A DNA stretch of 64,000 nt from the NCBI RefSeq assembly GCF_009914755.1, contig NC_060928.1; one strand, written 5' to 3'. How positions within the stretch are numbered: the stretch's first letter is position 1; each line of letters begins with the position of its first letter. Position numbers and translations under genes: made by a program. The notes below the pieces were generated by a model. It was not told where the DNA came from. It searched no databases and was given only the letters and a program-made list of their open reading frames with translations. Origin of the DNA: the human T2T-CHM13v2.0 reference genome, Homo sapiens. Below are positions 40,942 to 55,571 of the stretch, one piece after another.

Positions 40942-42551
40942 CTAAGAAACCAAGAAATAGAAAATCAGTTGTACCCAACACCTATTAGGGGAAGAGAATA
41001 CACTGTCATCTGCACAAACAGAATAGTAGGAGGTTCTATCCAACTTCAAACCAGCAAACAACCAAACAGTTTGCAAGGATAAAAGTATGCTGGCATATAT
41101 AGAGCTGACTTATCCTACATCCCTGGCTCCCAGCAGGAGAAATGTACAATGGTGTGTGTCTGTTTGTTGGAAGGAGACGTTCCAGAATTTTTGTACAAAC
41201 AAAAATAGGCTGTGCAATTGTTCTCCATCACTGCCCTGTGCCTTCCAGAGAGAAATGATATTTGGACAATCTACCCCCTGAGATGATGGAGAGGAAGGTT
41301 GAGAGCTTTTGAGAACAGGAAGCTGGGAAGAGGACAAGGTAGATGATGCCGACTGCTGGACTTACAGGTTCTGAGGACTGGCAGGAGGATGGATGCTTCT
41401 GACACACACTCTTGGGCATCGGGACACCAAGCGTGCCAGGCTCACTCTCATTCCGACCCTTGTGATCTTGGGCAAGTCACTTCCCTTCTCTAGCTCTCAG
41501 TTTCCTTATTTATAAAATGCAGGGGTTGGCTTAGGGCTACATTTCACAAACTGGGCTCAGGAGAGCACTGGAGATGTTAACAGATGTGGTGTTTCTGTGG
41601 CTAAGTAAGTTTGGATGATGCTACTTTCTGCTTTGAAGATCCTATGTGTACATTACCAGACTGAAGACTTTGAGAAATCCTGCAGTAAAGGAATTGTTCT
41701 GTTGTTTGATGTTGCACTTCCCAAACTTATATAAACATAGAAAAGTTTTTTTACTAGGTGACCATTAACATTTCTCAGTAAAAAGTCGCAAAGGCAACAG
41801 TTTATGCAGAGTACACTGCTAGAATAGAGGGTCTTCCAGTTACCTTCCAGCCCCCATTCCATGAATGTACTGAATTAAGTGTAAATGCCATTTAGTTTGT
41901 GTACATTTTTAATGCATAGTATGTGAAAAAGACAAATTTTAGAAGAATAGTTTTAAGGAATCTATTAAGGAAAAGCCCTGTTCATATAAATAAGCAAGTA
42001 AAACAACAGTAGAGAAATAAGAAGTATGGGGAACCCCATGTTTTATGGGAACACATGACATTGCAATATATAAACCCCCCAGGGCTGAACAAAAAATGTC
42101 TTAATGCCACAAAGGAAGACCCCAGGCCAGCCTTAGGCAGATTGAGGTTATAAGGATGGGGGACAGACATGAGTGACCTTCTTTACTAACAAAAGGTATC
42201 TACCTACCTCCTTGAGGACTGCCCGCTAAGGTGACTAACCATCTGTAAGTTTTGCAGCAAAGAAAAGTGTACATGTTTGGAGTGAACGCCTGGGAAGGCT
42301 GGGCAGAGAAATGATCTCAACCTCAGGTCTAGACCCCTGAGGGTTTTAGACAGCAGTATTGAGCATCTGCCAGCTGCCTTGAATACTCCAGAACCACTGA
42401 CAAGATAGATTTAACTCACAGGAAGCCTTCGCAGGATGACTGAAATGGCAACTTTCCTGGCTTGTAGGAGCAGATTAATGGGGGTTATTCCAGATTTTCC
42501 AAGAACTGTAACTGTCTAGTGTGCAGGAAAGGTGGTGCAATAACTTTCTAA

Positions 42552-42893
<342 letters not shown>

Positions 42894-43387
42894 TGATGTG
42901 TTAATAATTTCCTCATGAGTCCTTATGAAATGATATATATTTTTTAAACCTCTGTCTCTAAATAAGAGGTCCTAATGTTTAAGCAATACAAACAAAAATA
43001 ATATTGGGTGTCTACTATGTGTTATATACTCTGCTAAGTACTTTATATAATTTACCTTTAATCTCAAGAGAATAGTGATTATATTTAATCATTACTTGTT
43101 TATCTAGCATAATATCTGGCACATGGCAGGGCTCAACAAATATTTGCTGAATGACTGAATGAATAAACAAATAAGTAAACAATCGGACAGACAACTCTCC
43201 AAGTTGTTCTCTCCAAGGTCAGCGTTCTTATCCCAGTTTCACTGGTGAGGAGGATAACTGACTTCCCCAAGGCTCCATGGCTACAAGCCCAGGTAGCTGA
43301 GATTGATTCAAAGCCAACCCTGCTGGGCCCCACAGTCGGGATCCTTCTCACCACACAAAGATAACCCTGAGCTAAATCTTTACCTAC

Positions 43388-43471
43388 CTTTTCTGGGCTT
43401 CTTGTTTGCTGCAGCATGTTTCACAATAATATTTTTGTTCACTACACAGTGTTTCTGTGTTGCTGAAGTCT
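43388..43471 (-). CDS. USP46: USP46 coding exon 6 (84 nt): (R)[27 protein letters not shown](R), includes zinc-binding CxxC of the fingers subdomain
   Basis: Read manually; absent from the ORF track. Acceptor cctctacag|A, donor AAG|gtaggt; phase 2-2 joins exons 5 and 7 in frame. Confidence 0.96.
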
Positions 43472-45198
43472 CTGTAGAGGAAAATATTTCCATCTTTAAA
43501 AAATGTCCAAATCTACTTGGTATACTATGTTTTAAATCCCTCAATTAACCTGTAGGGTAATTTTTAAGTAAAAATGGAAGAAGAAGTAATCAGAAAAAAA
43601 TCCTACTTAAGACTAGGATGGTAGAGAAACTACAGGATGAAAAACAAAAATAAGCTAAGACTGGGTGCCATTACGGTGGTAGACATGCTCTTTTCATCGA
43701 ATCATGAATTTACCATGAGAGATTCAAATATAGTTTTATTTAATGGGACACAGGCAGATATAAATTAGGGTTTCCAACTGGATTCAGAAAAAAAACTCAT
43801 GATTTAATGGAGAATACCTATAAGCTAGAAATTAAAATCGTAATAGAAAAATACTGTTGAGTAAAAGTTCACCGTAAACACTAAAACTTAGATCCAGAAA
43901 GTAAATCACATAACATGCAAGGTGACATTATTGTGTAGTTAATGAAAAATAGTATTTCTCTGGTAGTCCATATTTTCAAAGAGCATGAAAGTAAAGATAA
44001 TGAAATTTAAACCACATACAAAACTGCCCTCTTAGTGAACTAAAGAAATCCTGAATTAATCAGATGACCACCTCCTACCAACCCCTGCTCCCCACTGCTC
44101 CCCCGCCGGAGGAGATGAACTTTTGCCTGCCTCCTTTGGAGAACAAAAGCCATTGTGTTTGTCATATGTGTATCTGCCTTATCATGAGGTTCTACTCTGC
44201 TACTTACGGTTTTTATTTTTTAAATGTCATGGTTTTTCATTCTTTTCCAGCCATCAAGATTCTACTTAACATTTCTGTGGTACTGCTTCAAAGGCTGAAA
44301 AGAACATCTGGACTAATACCCTATAGTTTTGAAAAATTCTGGGGCATTTCCTTGTTCAGTGTCCTAGTACCATAATGACCAGATTTTATTAAACAGAAAA
44401 TGTTATTTAAAATGTGTTAAATGATTCTACCACTTACACAGAACACATCAAAAGAAAACACAGATTCTTTCATTCATTAAGTCCCCAAATGTTTCCTGCC
44501 AGTCCTCTGGGCTAGGTTCTGGGGATCCACAGAGAATAACTGCCTTCATACGGCTCACACTTTAACAGAGATGTGTGCAAATGAACCACTGACAACATGA
44601 AATGATCAGTGCAGCTTCAACAGAAAGCATTACATGATTCCCCTGCTGAAATCCTCCAGCAGTTTCCAGTGCACTTATCCACCCTGCCTCCTTCTCTCTG
44701 CTCCAGCCACACTGGCCCTGGGAAATCCTCTTCTCACCTTAGGGTGATTGCAGGTGCTATTTTCTCAGCACTGAGAGCTTCCTCCCAGAGGCTTCCATGG
44801 CTGGCTAACCCGGTTGTTCAGCACTCAGCCTAAACATCCCCTCTTTGGAGAAAACTTCTCTGGCCACTTTGTCCAAGCCTATCCAGCCCCTATCACATTG
44901 CCGTCTTATTTCTTCCCAGCATCTGAAACCATTCCTCTGTTCATTTGATTACTTGCCTCCCCTCTATGTGGGCAGTGCACTTGTCATTCCTATATCCCCA
45001 GCATGACACACAATGGAACACATTAATATTTGTTGGTTGAATGAATGAACCAACCAAGACAGAAGCAGGTGTAAAGTCCAGGAGAAAGCACAGAGAAAGA
45101 GGGAAAGTGTGCCAGGTGAACAAGTGAATAAGGGTCAATGACTCCTGAGAGAGAACACTGCAGTGCAGAGGCCTGGAGGTAGGGAACAGCAGCGGTGA

Positions 45199-45555
45199 CG
45201 TATTAGTCTGTTCTCATGCTGCTAATAAAGACATACCTGAGACTGGGTAATTTATAAAGAAAAAGAGGTTTAATGAACTCACAGTTTCACATAGCTGGGG
45301 AGGCCTCACAATCATGGCAGAAGGCAAAGGAGGAGCAAAGTCATGTCTTACATGGCAGCAGACAAGAGACAGCAGGTGCAGGGGAACTCCCATTTATAAA
45401 ACCATCAGATCTTGTGAGACTCATTCACTACCACGAGAATAGTATGGGAAAAACTGCTCCCATGATTCAATTATCTCCGCCTGGCCCCACCTTTAACACG
45501 TGGGAATTATTACAATCCAATGAGATTTGGGTGCAGACACAGCCAAACCATATCA
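45199..45555 (-). mobile_element. THE1 (C/D-like) solo LTR in intron 5, sense to USP46
   Basis: (c)gtattagtctgttctcatgctgctaataaagacatacctgagactgggtaatt…ccaaaccatatca. Confidence 0.92.
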
Positions 45556-46439
45556 GGCAGCAAGTCACATAGCCTGGACTATGCTACCAAGAAGCCAGCA
45601 TGAACCCTAACCAACAGTCTCAACAAAGAAACGACATAATCAGGTAGTGCTTTTTAGAAATTCCACTTTTGACAGCATGGTGGAGGGGGCATTGGAGAGG
45701 GATGAAAGGCAAGAAAGCCATTAGAATGCAAATGTACTAAACTTTCAGATTTCAAGTACATGGTGCATAAAACAAACTCATACTTAGCTGAATGAATACT
45801 TCAATTGAGTAAGTGCTGTGGAATCTTGTTTTGGCTGCATGGGATTGACTGGAGTGGAACGGGGAGCCAGAGGCAGGGAGATGAGTGTGGGTGTGATGGA
45901 GCTTCATATCCTCCCAATGTCTACTGCAGAGAAGCTGTACTACCAAGCTAAAGGGTCACAATAGCCAAAGAAAGGCCAGCAACAAATAAGGAATCATTCA
46001 TTCCTACTCATTCTTATTTTCCCCAAAAACTTATTTGATTTGTAGACCCAGACAGGTGGAAATATAGCAGAAGTTAATACCTAATGTAAAGACCCATTTT
46101 ACAAAGAAGCTTGCTGACAGAGTAATGCTCTTAGGGCATCCATGAGTTGAGAATTAGAAAATGAAGGTAAGTTAGGAGAAGGCGAGGACCCCAGCAGTAA
46201 ATGCTGAGGCAGAGCAGCTGTCAGTTAATGTTCTATACCTGTTGGAACAAAAGTGGGCAACAATGGTATAGGAAACTCTTCAATGAGAAAGACAAGAGGG
46301 GCACTTGCTCTTTCCAACACTTGGGATAAATTACCAAAGTACAGAGCAGAGGTTGGGAGAAAAACACAAAATTCTTTGTATTGCTTTAAAAAGAGGCAGA
46401 GCAGCAATAAAACATTACTTAAAAATACACTTTGGGGCT

Positions 46440-46865
46440 TGATATAGTTTGGATCTGTGTCCCCACCCAAATCTCATATTCAATTGTAGTCCCCAATGTT
46501 GGAGGTAGGACCTGGTGGAAGGTAACTGGATCACGGGGGCAGAATTCTCATGAGTGGTTTAGCACCATCCTCCTGGTGCTGTCCTCACCATACATCGTGG
46601 AGAGTTCTTGCAAGATCTGGCCGTTTAAAAGTGTTTAGCCCCTCCTCCAACCCCTGGCTTCTGTTCCAGTTATGTGATGTGCCTGCTCCCCCTTCATCTT
46701 CTGCCATAATTGTAAGTTTCCTGAGGCTTCCTCAGAAGCCAAGCAGATGCCAGCACCAAGCTTTCTGTACAGCTTGCAGAACAATGAGCCAATTAAACCT
46801 CTTTTCTTTATAAATTACCCAATCTCGGGTATTTATTTATAGCAATGTGGGAATGGACTAATACA
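46440..46865 (+). mobile_element. MSTB-like solo LTR
   Basis: tgatatagtttggatctgtgtccccacccaaatctc…aatggactaataca; TSD gggct at 46435-46439 and 46866-46870. Confidence 0.92.
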
Positions 46866-46866
46866 G

Positions 46867-46956
46867 GGCTGGTCCAAAAGTAGTGAGTTATCTCAATTGA
46901 TGGTTCACAGTCAGTTATAGATCAAACTCCTTGTTCTACTTTTACCCTCGTTCTCA
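46867..46956 (+). pseudogene. Y1 RNA (RNY1-derived) retropseudogene, 3'-truncated
   Basis: ggctggtccaaaagtagtgagttatctcaattgatggttcacagtcagttatagatcaaactccttgttctact…ttctca matches about the first 90 nt of hY1 RNA. Purine-rich tail at 46957-46995; TSD aaaa(t/c)acactttgg at 46422-46435 and 46996-47009. Confidence 0.92.
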
Positions 46957-47449
46957 GGAAGGAAGGAAGGAGGGAAGGAAGGAGAGAAAGAGAAGAAAAC
47001 ACACTTTGGGAACAAATCTAATAAGAAATGCACACTTTTACAAAAAAGGCACTAAAGCCTTATGCAAATATTTTAAAACTTTAAAAAATGCAGAAAGACT
47101 GTTTCTGGATGGGAAGGCTATCATTTTTTGTAAACACAGCTATCGTGTCCAAGTTAATGTCTATCTTTGATATATTTTCAATTAAAATCTTCTTTTTCAC
47201 TCACCACAATAATTCAAAATTGATATTAAAAATCCTCAAGCAATGCTTCCCGATAATTTCCATGTCATGATCCACACAGAAATACTACATGAGAAACACA
47301 CCAGGATATACTGACGAGGCTGCGCCTATGGCTGGCCATGGGGCTCTGGCACAGCCAGGCCTTCCCAGCCTCCCAGGAGCTGAGGAGATGAATACATCTA
47401 ATCCATTTTCCCTGGCTCACCAGTTGGGAAGCTTTGTTCTAGAATCTAG

Positions 47450-47658
47450 TGCAGTGATTCTCCTTCTGCCCTCCTGGCTGCTCGATAGAATCATCTGAGA
47501 GCTTTAAAAACAATCCCAATGCCCAATCCCGCACCCCTCCACCCCCCACTCTCCCTCCATTCAATTACATCAGAATCTCTCCAGGTGGAACCCAGGCATT
47601 GTTGTTCTTAAATCTTCCCGGGTGATTCCAATGTGCTGCCAGGGCAGAGAGCCATTGC
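47450..47658. mobile_element. MER5 (hAT-Charlie) DNA transposon relic
   Basis: cagtgattctc…agaatcatctgagagcttt…catcagaatctct…ggtgattccaatgtgctgccagggcagagagccattg. Confidence 0.7.
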
Positions 47659-48678
47659 TCCAATGCTTCCCAATAACCTGGGGATCTCATCGGCACTGGG
47701 AGAATGGGAATTTAAAATGAGAGGAAGACAGAGGAAAGAGAAGGTGGTGGTTTTAGAGCACTGAGCATTTGGAGGAGTAAGGGGAGATTCTGGGAAGGAG
47801 TCATGGGGAGGGTCTAAGGCGCTCAAGTGGAAGACAAAAATAACCAAAAAGGCCATGCAAGGACAATTAAGATAAACTTCACATAGTTTAAGTTTTTGCC
47901 TGAGGCCACCCCTAAACTTTTCACAAGGAAAAAACATCTTTCTTTCTCAGTATTCTCCTATGACACAAATGGCTTACTCTGCCTAAGACACAGTACTGAG
48001 GTTTGAAATATTAGAATTATAACTCAGCTACCATACAAACTTAACAGCTTCTCCAGACCTGTATCCTGAATTTAAACACTATTTATATCATTTCTCTGAA
48101 ACAAAAGTTCAGTCACCAACTAAAAACCTTCTGGAAGAAGGTGGCAGAGATCTTAGATTCAAATCCCAACATTTTAGCTTAACTTTTTATTTTTTAAAGT
48201 TATCAAAATGAAAGAAACATATCAGAAGAGATATGCAGACATAACATTAGAGAAGAAAATTCATAATTCTAGTTTAAAAAACAAATCCTCAAAAATGCAA
48301 TCCACATTAAACCATGAAAGGGGCCAAGCAAGAGCCCACCCTTCCCTTATCTTTTGTCTGAGAGACAGAGAAAGCTAACGACTCCACTGGCATTATTTGC
48401 TCCCTGCATCTTTCTCCTGCACGTCCTTCTCCCATCACGGAACTCTGAGTGGTGAGTGGCAACACCTGGCAGGCTTCTCTTTCTGCTGTGGAGGTGACAT
48501 CTCACACGCATGTTAGGGCAGGTATAGCCGAGTTGGTCAAGGTCTAGATTAGGTGTGATGTAAAACAGGGGATGGGGAGGCACTTCAGAGATATCAGCCT
48601 GCACAGTGCAATAAGACAGAGTTGAATATGTTTAAAGGGCATTCAGAGGCTACTTCATACTCACCCACCCTAGCCTGA

Positions 48679-49111
<433 letters not shown>

Positions 49112-49428
49112 TCAATTCTATTTCTTATAACAAGGTTTCCCAAAGGTTGAAATTATCACCAATCACTTAACACTTTACCTGGCTGATCTCAAATCTACAG
49201 CCACTGCCACCTGCCCTTTTGACTAATGACTTCCATTTTATGCTCTTTTTTCTCAGTGGGACTCTTCTCCAGACCACATAATCGCTCTTGGGAAAGGAGA
49301 GATAGAAAATAATAGGATCATATTGGTTTAACAGAAGGGAAGATTATGTCCTGAAGAAATACAGGATTTTCTCTCCCACTTAGTTACAAGCCTGATCAAA
49401 AGCTCAAACTGCCTCAGAGTTCATATAC

Positions 49429-49505
49429 CTTAGACAGTGGGTAATGGATGTATTCTGCTCCACATCAACAGAAAGGTCAAGAAAATCTTCATCTTTGCTA
49501 CTAAC
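49429..49505 (-). CDS. USP46: USP46 coding exon 5 (77 nt): [25 protein letters not shown](R)
   Basis: Acceptor ttgtttcag|GTT at 49506-49507 and donor AAG|gtatat at 49427-49428; phase 0 to phase 2. Confidence 0.96.
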
Positions 49506-50470
49506 CTGAAACAAAAAACAGAAACAATATATTAGGCATGAAATATGTAGTAGATAAAACTTTGAACATGTATAGGTAATCACCGACTGCAATAAAAACC
49601 ATAACTGCAGTTAAAGTCCTGCATGGACATGTATACTCATTGGCACCCAGTTACCTCAAAAACAACCCAATCTAGAGAAAATCCCAAATTCTCAATTTAA
49701 CCTCATCCCCTTCCCAGTTTTGACTCACAGCTTTTAATAGTTAAAACTCAACCAGATTTCTCTTCCTCTCCATTCATTTTTCCCATCGTTTCAAAGTAGG
49801 GAGTATTATTAAATATCCATATAGCCCAGATTGCAGAGTGATAAAAATGGAAATGGAAAAAGGACAAGAGACTTATAAAATCTACCACCCAGATGACCAT
49901 CCCTTGTTGAGTCGTTTCCACTTTTTGCCAGTCCCTTGAAATCACTCCCTTTCTCCCTTGCCCCATCATTCAAACTGTGTGGTGGGCCAGGGAGCCTGAC
50001 AGGCAATGGGCTGGAGAATCGCACTGACCACACACAAAGCTGTCCTTTGGCCAGGAAGTGGTCATCACATGCAGAGCCCTGTGCTGTCCATGACAATGAC
50101 CAGACCTGGGGCTGGCCTGCAGCCTGGGCTCACACAGGCCCGCCATACCGTGGGCAGCTCTCAGCTGAGCCGGTTCGGTGGCCCCAGCTGTCTCTCAGCC
50201 TTCAACAGCTCACTCCACACTAATTCTAGATCTCATATATCTCAAGGCTCACTGAATAAGTGCTTACTTCCCACTAATTCACTGACAACCCTGGGGTTTT
50301 ACTGTCTTGTTCCCGGAGTAGCAGGAACAGCTGGCAACAACCTTCAGGTGCTCAGTCATTTAGCAGCAAAATGAAAACAACATTCTTTTTAAAGTGTGAC
50401 AACTACCCTATGACCCAAAATTCCAGAAGTTATCTGAAGAAATATTCAGAGATGTGAATACACTCTTTTA

Positions 50471-50787
<317 letters not shown>

Positions 50788-51229
50788 GTACACACAGGAA
50801 TGGATACTGAGACACAAGAATGGTTATTGCCCAGATCCGTATCCCGTCTCTGCCGTTTATATAAAGTCGATGGCTTCAGGCCAGCTACTCAGCCTCTGTT
50901 TCCTCATCTGTAAAGTGGGGACAACAAGAGTGTCTATCTCATAAGGCTGTTGTAAGGAGGAAATAAGATAATACATGTGAAGTGCTTTAAAAAGTAAGGA
51001 CTCAATAAATTAGGAAGGGATAAAACATTTTAAGTGGCCTAAAATGGTCAAAAAGTTGGGAATGGCTTTCTACATTGTGGTTATCACACTAATTGAAAAA
51101 CTAGGTTATACAACTACATATAAGTTAATCCCAACTTCGTATAAAAAAGGCATCTTTATACTTACACACATGCATCCCCTCCCTTGGCATTCTCTACCAT
51201 CCTGTTTTAATTTTTTAATGACGTTTATT

Positions 51230-51754
51230 TCTACCATGGTAGAATGCATTAGTAGCCCCAAATCCTCACCATTGCCTCTACTGGCTTCTTTGTCATATGG
51301 CTTCACAGATACTCTCATCAAGAGGTGATTATGTTTTGCCACCCTTAAGTCTGAGTGTGACCATGTGACTTGCCTTGGCCAGTGGGATGCTAGAAGGCAG
51401 GTTACCACCAGCAGAGGCCAGCCAGATCAAGCATTTGTGAAACTGCTCTCTTGCATCACTGTAAGAAGGATAACCCCAGGCTAGCCTGCTGTTCCCAGGA
51501 AGAGGAGAGATTCATGGAGGAAAGCTGTCCTAACCAAGGCATTCCAGCCAAGCCCAATCTAGAGTAAAACCCCTAGTGATCTTGCAGACACGTGAGTGGG
51601 CTAGCTGAACTACAAACACACAAGTTTAGCTGAGTCCAGCCTAGACTAGTCGACCACAAGCCAACCCACCATTGCATGAGTTATAATAACAAATGATAGT
51701 TTAAGGCTCAGAGTTTTGGGGTGGTTTGTGACAAAGCAATAGGTAACTGATACA
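51230..51754 (+). mobile_element. MaLR LTR (MLT1F/G/H-like)
   Basis: ccatgtgacttgccttggccagtggga…gagttttggggtggtttgtgacaaagcaataggtaactgataca. Confidence 0.7.
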
Positions 51755-52329
51755 ACCACTTATCCTTTTATATGTTTTATTTTTATATGTTTACTGTCTG
51801 TCTCCCCCTCGCTAAAATGAAAGTTCAAAAGACTGGCTTCCATAGTAACTAAGATCCCAGCACACCAATACTCCTCCAGAAAACTAGAAACTATAAACTC
51901 ACATAACCAAAAACTAAAAGCAGCTACCTGAAGGCACTGGAGAGTGAACACAAGCAAGCACATGGGGAGTCCACACTTGGAGGAGGAGAGCTGTACACAA
52001 CGAGTTCATGGTTTCATGGCCTTTAGCTTGGGGTGCTGAGGGGGAAATGCAGTCTTTCCGGTCTGCAAGCCAGAAGACTAAATCTGGGAAACCATGCCCA
52101 CTGGAAAGAAAGGAAAGAGGGTATCTCCAACTCTCCCCACATGTGGCTGACCCCTGATCCACCCATGCATGGAATACACACAAAGCAACCTGGCTATTAA
52201 CAAAATGGCTGCCACCCAAGATTCAAGCTGTCACCCAAGAAACATAGTGAATAGTTTGGGTCCAACCAAGATAAGTGCCTGTTAAAACTAAAGAAACTCA
52301 ATATGCATTAAAGAAAACTAACAGAATCC

Positions 52330-52725
<396 letters not shown>

Positions 52726-55000
52726 CTAAGACATTGTTAAAAGAAAATAAACTAAGACCAATCCTGGGATGACCCAGATGTTGGAATTAGCAGACAAGGA
52801 TTTTAAAGAAGCCATTATAACTATCATCAGTAAAATAAAATATACTCGCAATGCATCAAAAAACGTGAAACCCCAGTAAAGAAATAGAAACAATAAAAAA
52901 GAATCAAATAGAAATTCTGGAACTGAAAAACACAATACATTGAATGAATTTAACAGCAAAGTGGAGGTGACAGAGGAAAAAACAAGTGAATATGAAGACA
53001 GATCAGTGGAAATTATCCAATGAGGACTAAAGAAAAAAGATTGAAGTAAAAATTAACAGATACTCAGGAATCTTTTAGCTAATACTGTACATATAATCAG
53101 AGTCCTAGAAGGGGAGAAAAGGGAGAATAGGGCAGTAGAACTATTTGAGAAAATAAACGCTGAGTATTTCCCAAATTTGGTGAAAGACATCCATTAATAG
53201 ATTCAAGATACTCAACCAACACCAAGCAGGATAAATACAAAGAAGGTCAGCCAAGGTGCCTCACAGCCAAACTGTTGAAAACCAAAAATAAAAAGCAAAT
53301 CTGAAACATCTACCAAAGAAAAGGACAATAGGATGATCCAATTGGCAGCTGACCTCTCAGCAGAAACTATGGAGGCCAGAAGACAGTGAAGCATCTTTCA
53401 TGTGCTGAAAGAAAAAAATGATTAGCCTGGAATTCCTATATGCCACAAACAGATCATTCAAGAATGAAGGCAAAATGAAGAGAATTCATTGATATAAGAG
53501 ACCTGCATCACAAGAAAGGTGAAAGGAAATTCTTCAAGCCAAAGAGAAATGACACCAGTTTGAAATCCAGATCCTTAAGAATAAAATGCATCAATAATGA
53601 TAAATATTTGTGCAAATACAAAATACTTTTTTCCTCTTAATTTTTGTATAATATTCACACCTCTTTAAAGGAAAAGGCATAACACTGTCCTGTGGGATTT
53701 ATATTCTACATAAATGTAATATATATAACAACTACAGCATAAAGAACAAGGTAGAGTGGGAGCAGAGGGAATATACACCTATATATTTATATGCTTTCTA
53801 CATTTTATGTGAAATAGTATCATTATTATGTGTAAGGATACTGTGAAAAGTGAAGAATGTCTATTGTAATCTCTAGCAAAATCACTAAAAATACACCCAG
53901 GCATGCGAAAATGTACTCAGAAAAGATCAAGAGGAAAATTAAAATGGAATTATAAAAATATATTCAAAAAATAATTCAAAAAGAAAATATAGAAGAGGAA
54001 CAGAAGAACAAAAAATAGAGGAAATAAATAGAAAACAAATGAAATGGCAGCCCCAAACCCAACTATATCAATAATTACCATAAACATTAATGGACTAATA
54101 ATTACAAGTAAGAGACAAAAATTGAAGGAAGTATTTGTTTTTTTAAGGCAAGACCAATTTCTATGCCGTCCGCAAGAGCTAAACTTTATATATAAAGACA
54201 CAGGTTGAAAGTAAATGGTTGGAAAAACGACATACTATGCGAAGAGTTAGCGTAAGTTTGTAGAGGGCTAATATCAGATAAAATAGGTTTTAAGATAAAG
54301 TTATTAAGAGAAATAAAAGAGGACATTTCCTAATGATAAGAATGTCAACTTATCAGAAAAACACAACAGTCAAATATGGATAGCCCCCATAATAGAGCCT
54401 CAAAAACACATGAAGCTGGAACACTATTTCACCAACAAAAGGGAATAAACTCCTGATACATGCTACACCACCAATGAATCTCAAAAACGTTATGTAAGTG
54501 AAGGAAGTCATACATAAAAGACCACATATTGTATGATTCCATTTACATGAAACATCCAGAAAAGGCAAATCTCTAAAGACAAAAAGTAGATTAGTAGTGA
54601 CCTCAAATAAAACAGGAATTAACTGCCAGTCATGAGGGATCTTACTGGTGTGATGAAAATTTTCTAAAACTAGGTTACAGTACTGGTTACACAACTCAGC
54701 AAATTACTTAAAGAAAAAAAATCACTAACTGGATAGGTTTATGGCACGTAAATTATACCTCACCAAAGTTGTTTTTAAAAAGTCAAAAAATTCATAAAAC
54801 AAAAATTGACAGAATTAAAAGGAGAAACAGAACAATCCCACAAAAATATTTTAATGCTCCTTTCTCAGCAACTGGTAGAAAAGCTAGTAGGGGGAAAGTC
54901 AACTAAGACATAAAGGATCTGAATAACTTTATCAACCAACATATCTAACTAACAATTATAGAATGCCACACCCAACAACTGCCAAATATTCTTTTCAACT

Positions 55001-55571
55001 AAGTAGTTCTCAACAGGGGAAATTTGGCTTCCAGGAGACATCTGACAATGTCTGGAAACATTTCTCAATGTTGTATCTTGGGAGATGCTACTGACATCTA
55101 GCAGGTAGAAGCCAGAGATGCTGCTTAACATCCTATAATGCACAGGGCTGTCCCCAACAACAAAGAATTATCTGATTCAGAATGTCAATAGTTCTGACAC
55201 TAAGAGATCTTTCCTTTCCTTTCCTTTCCCTTCCCTTCCCTTCCCTTTTCCTTCCTTCCTTCCCTTCTTTCCTTCTTTGAGACGGAGTCTTGCTTTGTCA
55301 CTCAGGCTGGAGTGCAGTGGTGCAATCTCAGCTCACTGCAACCTCCGCCACCTGAGTTCAAGTGATTCTTGTGCCTCAGCCTCCCAAGTAGCTGGAATTA
55401 GAGGCATGGGCCACCACACCCGTCTAATTTTTGTATTTTTCGTAGAGACAGGGTTTCACCATGTTGGCTAGGCTGGTCTCAAACTCCCAACCTCAGGTGA
55501 TCCGCCCGCCTCAGCCTCCCAAAGTGCTAGGATTATAGGCATGAGCCACCGTGCCTGCCTGAGAGACCCTG
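55001..55571. mobile_element. MER20 (hAT-Charlie) interrupted near its end by an AluS (55209-55559, minus strand, (TTCCC)n tail)
   Basis: agttctcaacagggg…gacaatgtctggaaacattt…aaagaattatctg…aatgtcaatagt, resuming gagagaccctg after the Alu. Confidence 0.82.

Noticed and set aside
40668-41082. + strand ORFs overlapping exon 7 as an antisense gene
   Set aside because: Short antisense shadows of the USP46 coding exon with no independent support.
46867-46956. Functional Y RNA gene
   Set aside because: It is 3'-truncated with no oligo-T terminator, has a retroposition tail and TSD, and has an LTR rather than a PSE/TATA promoter upstream.
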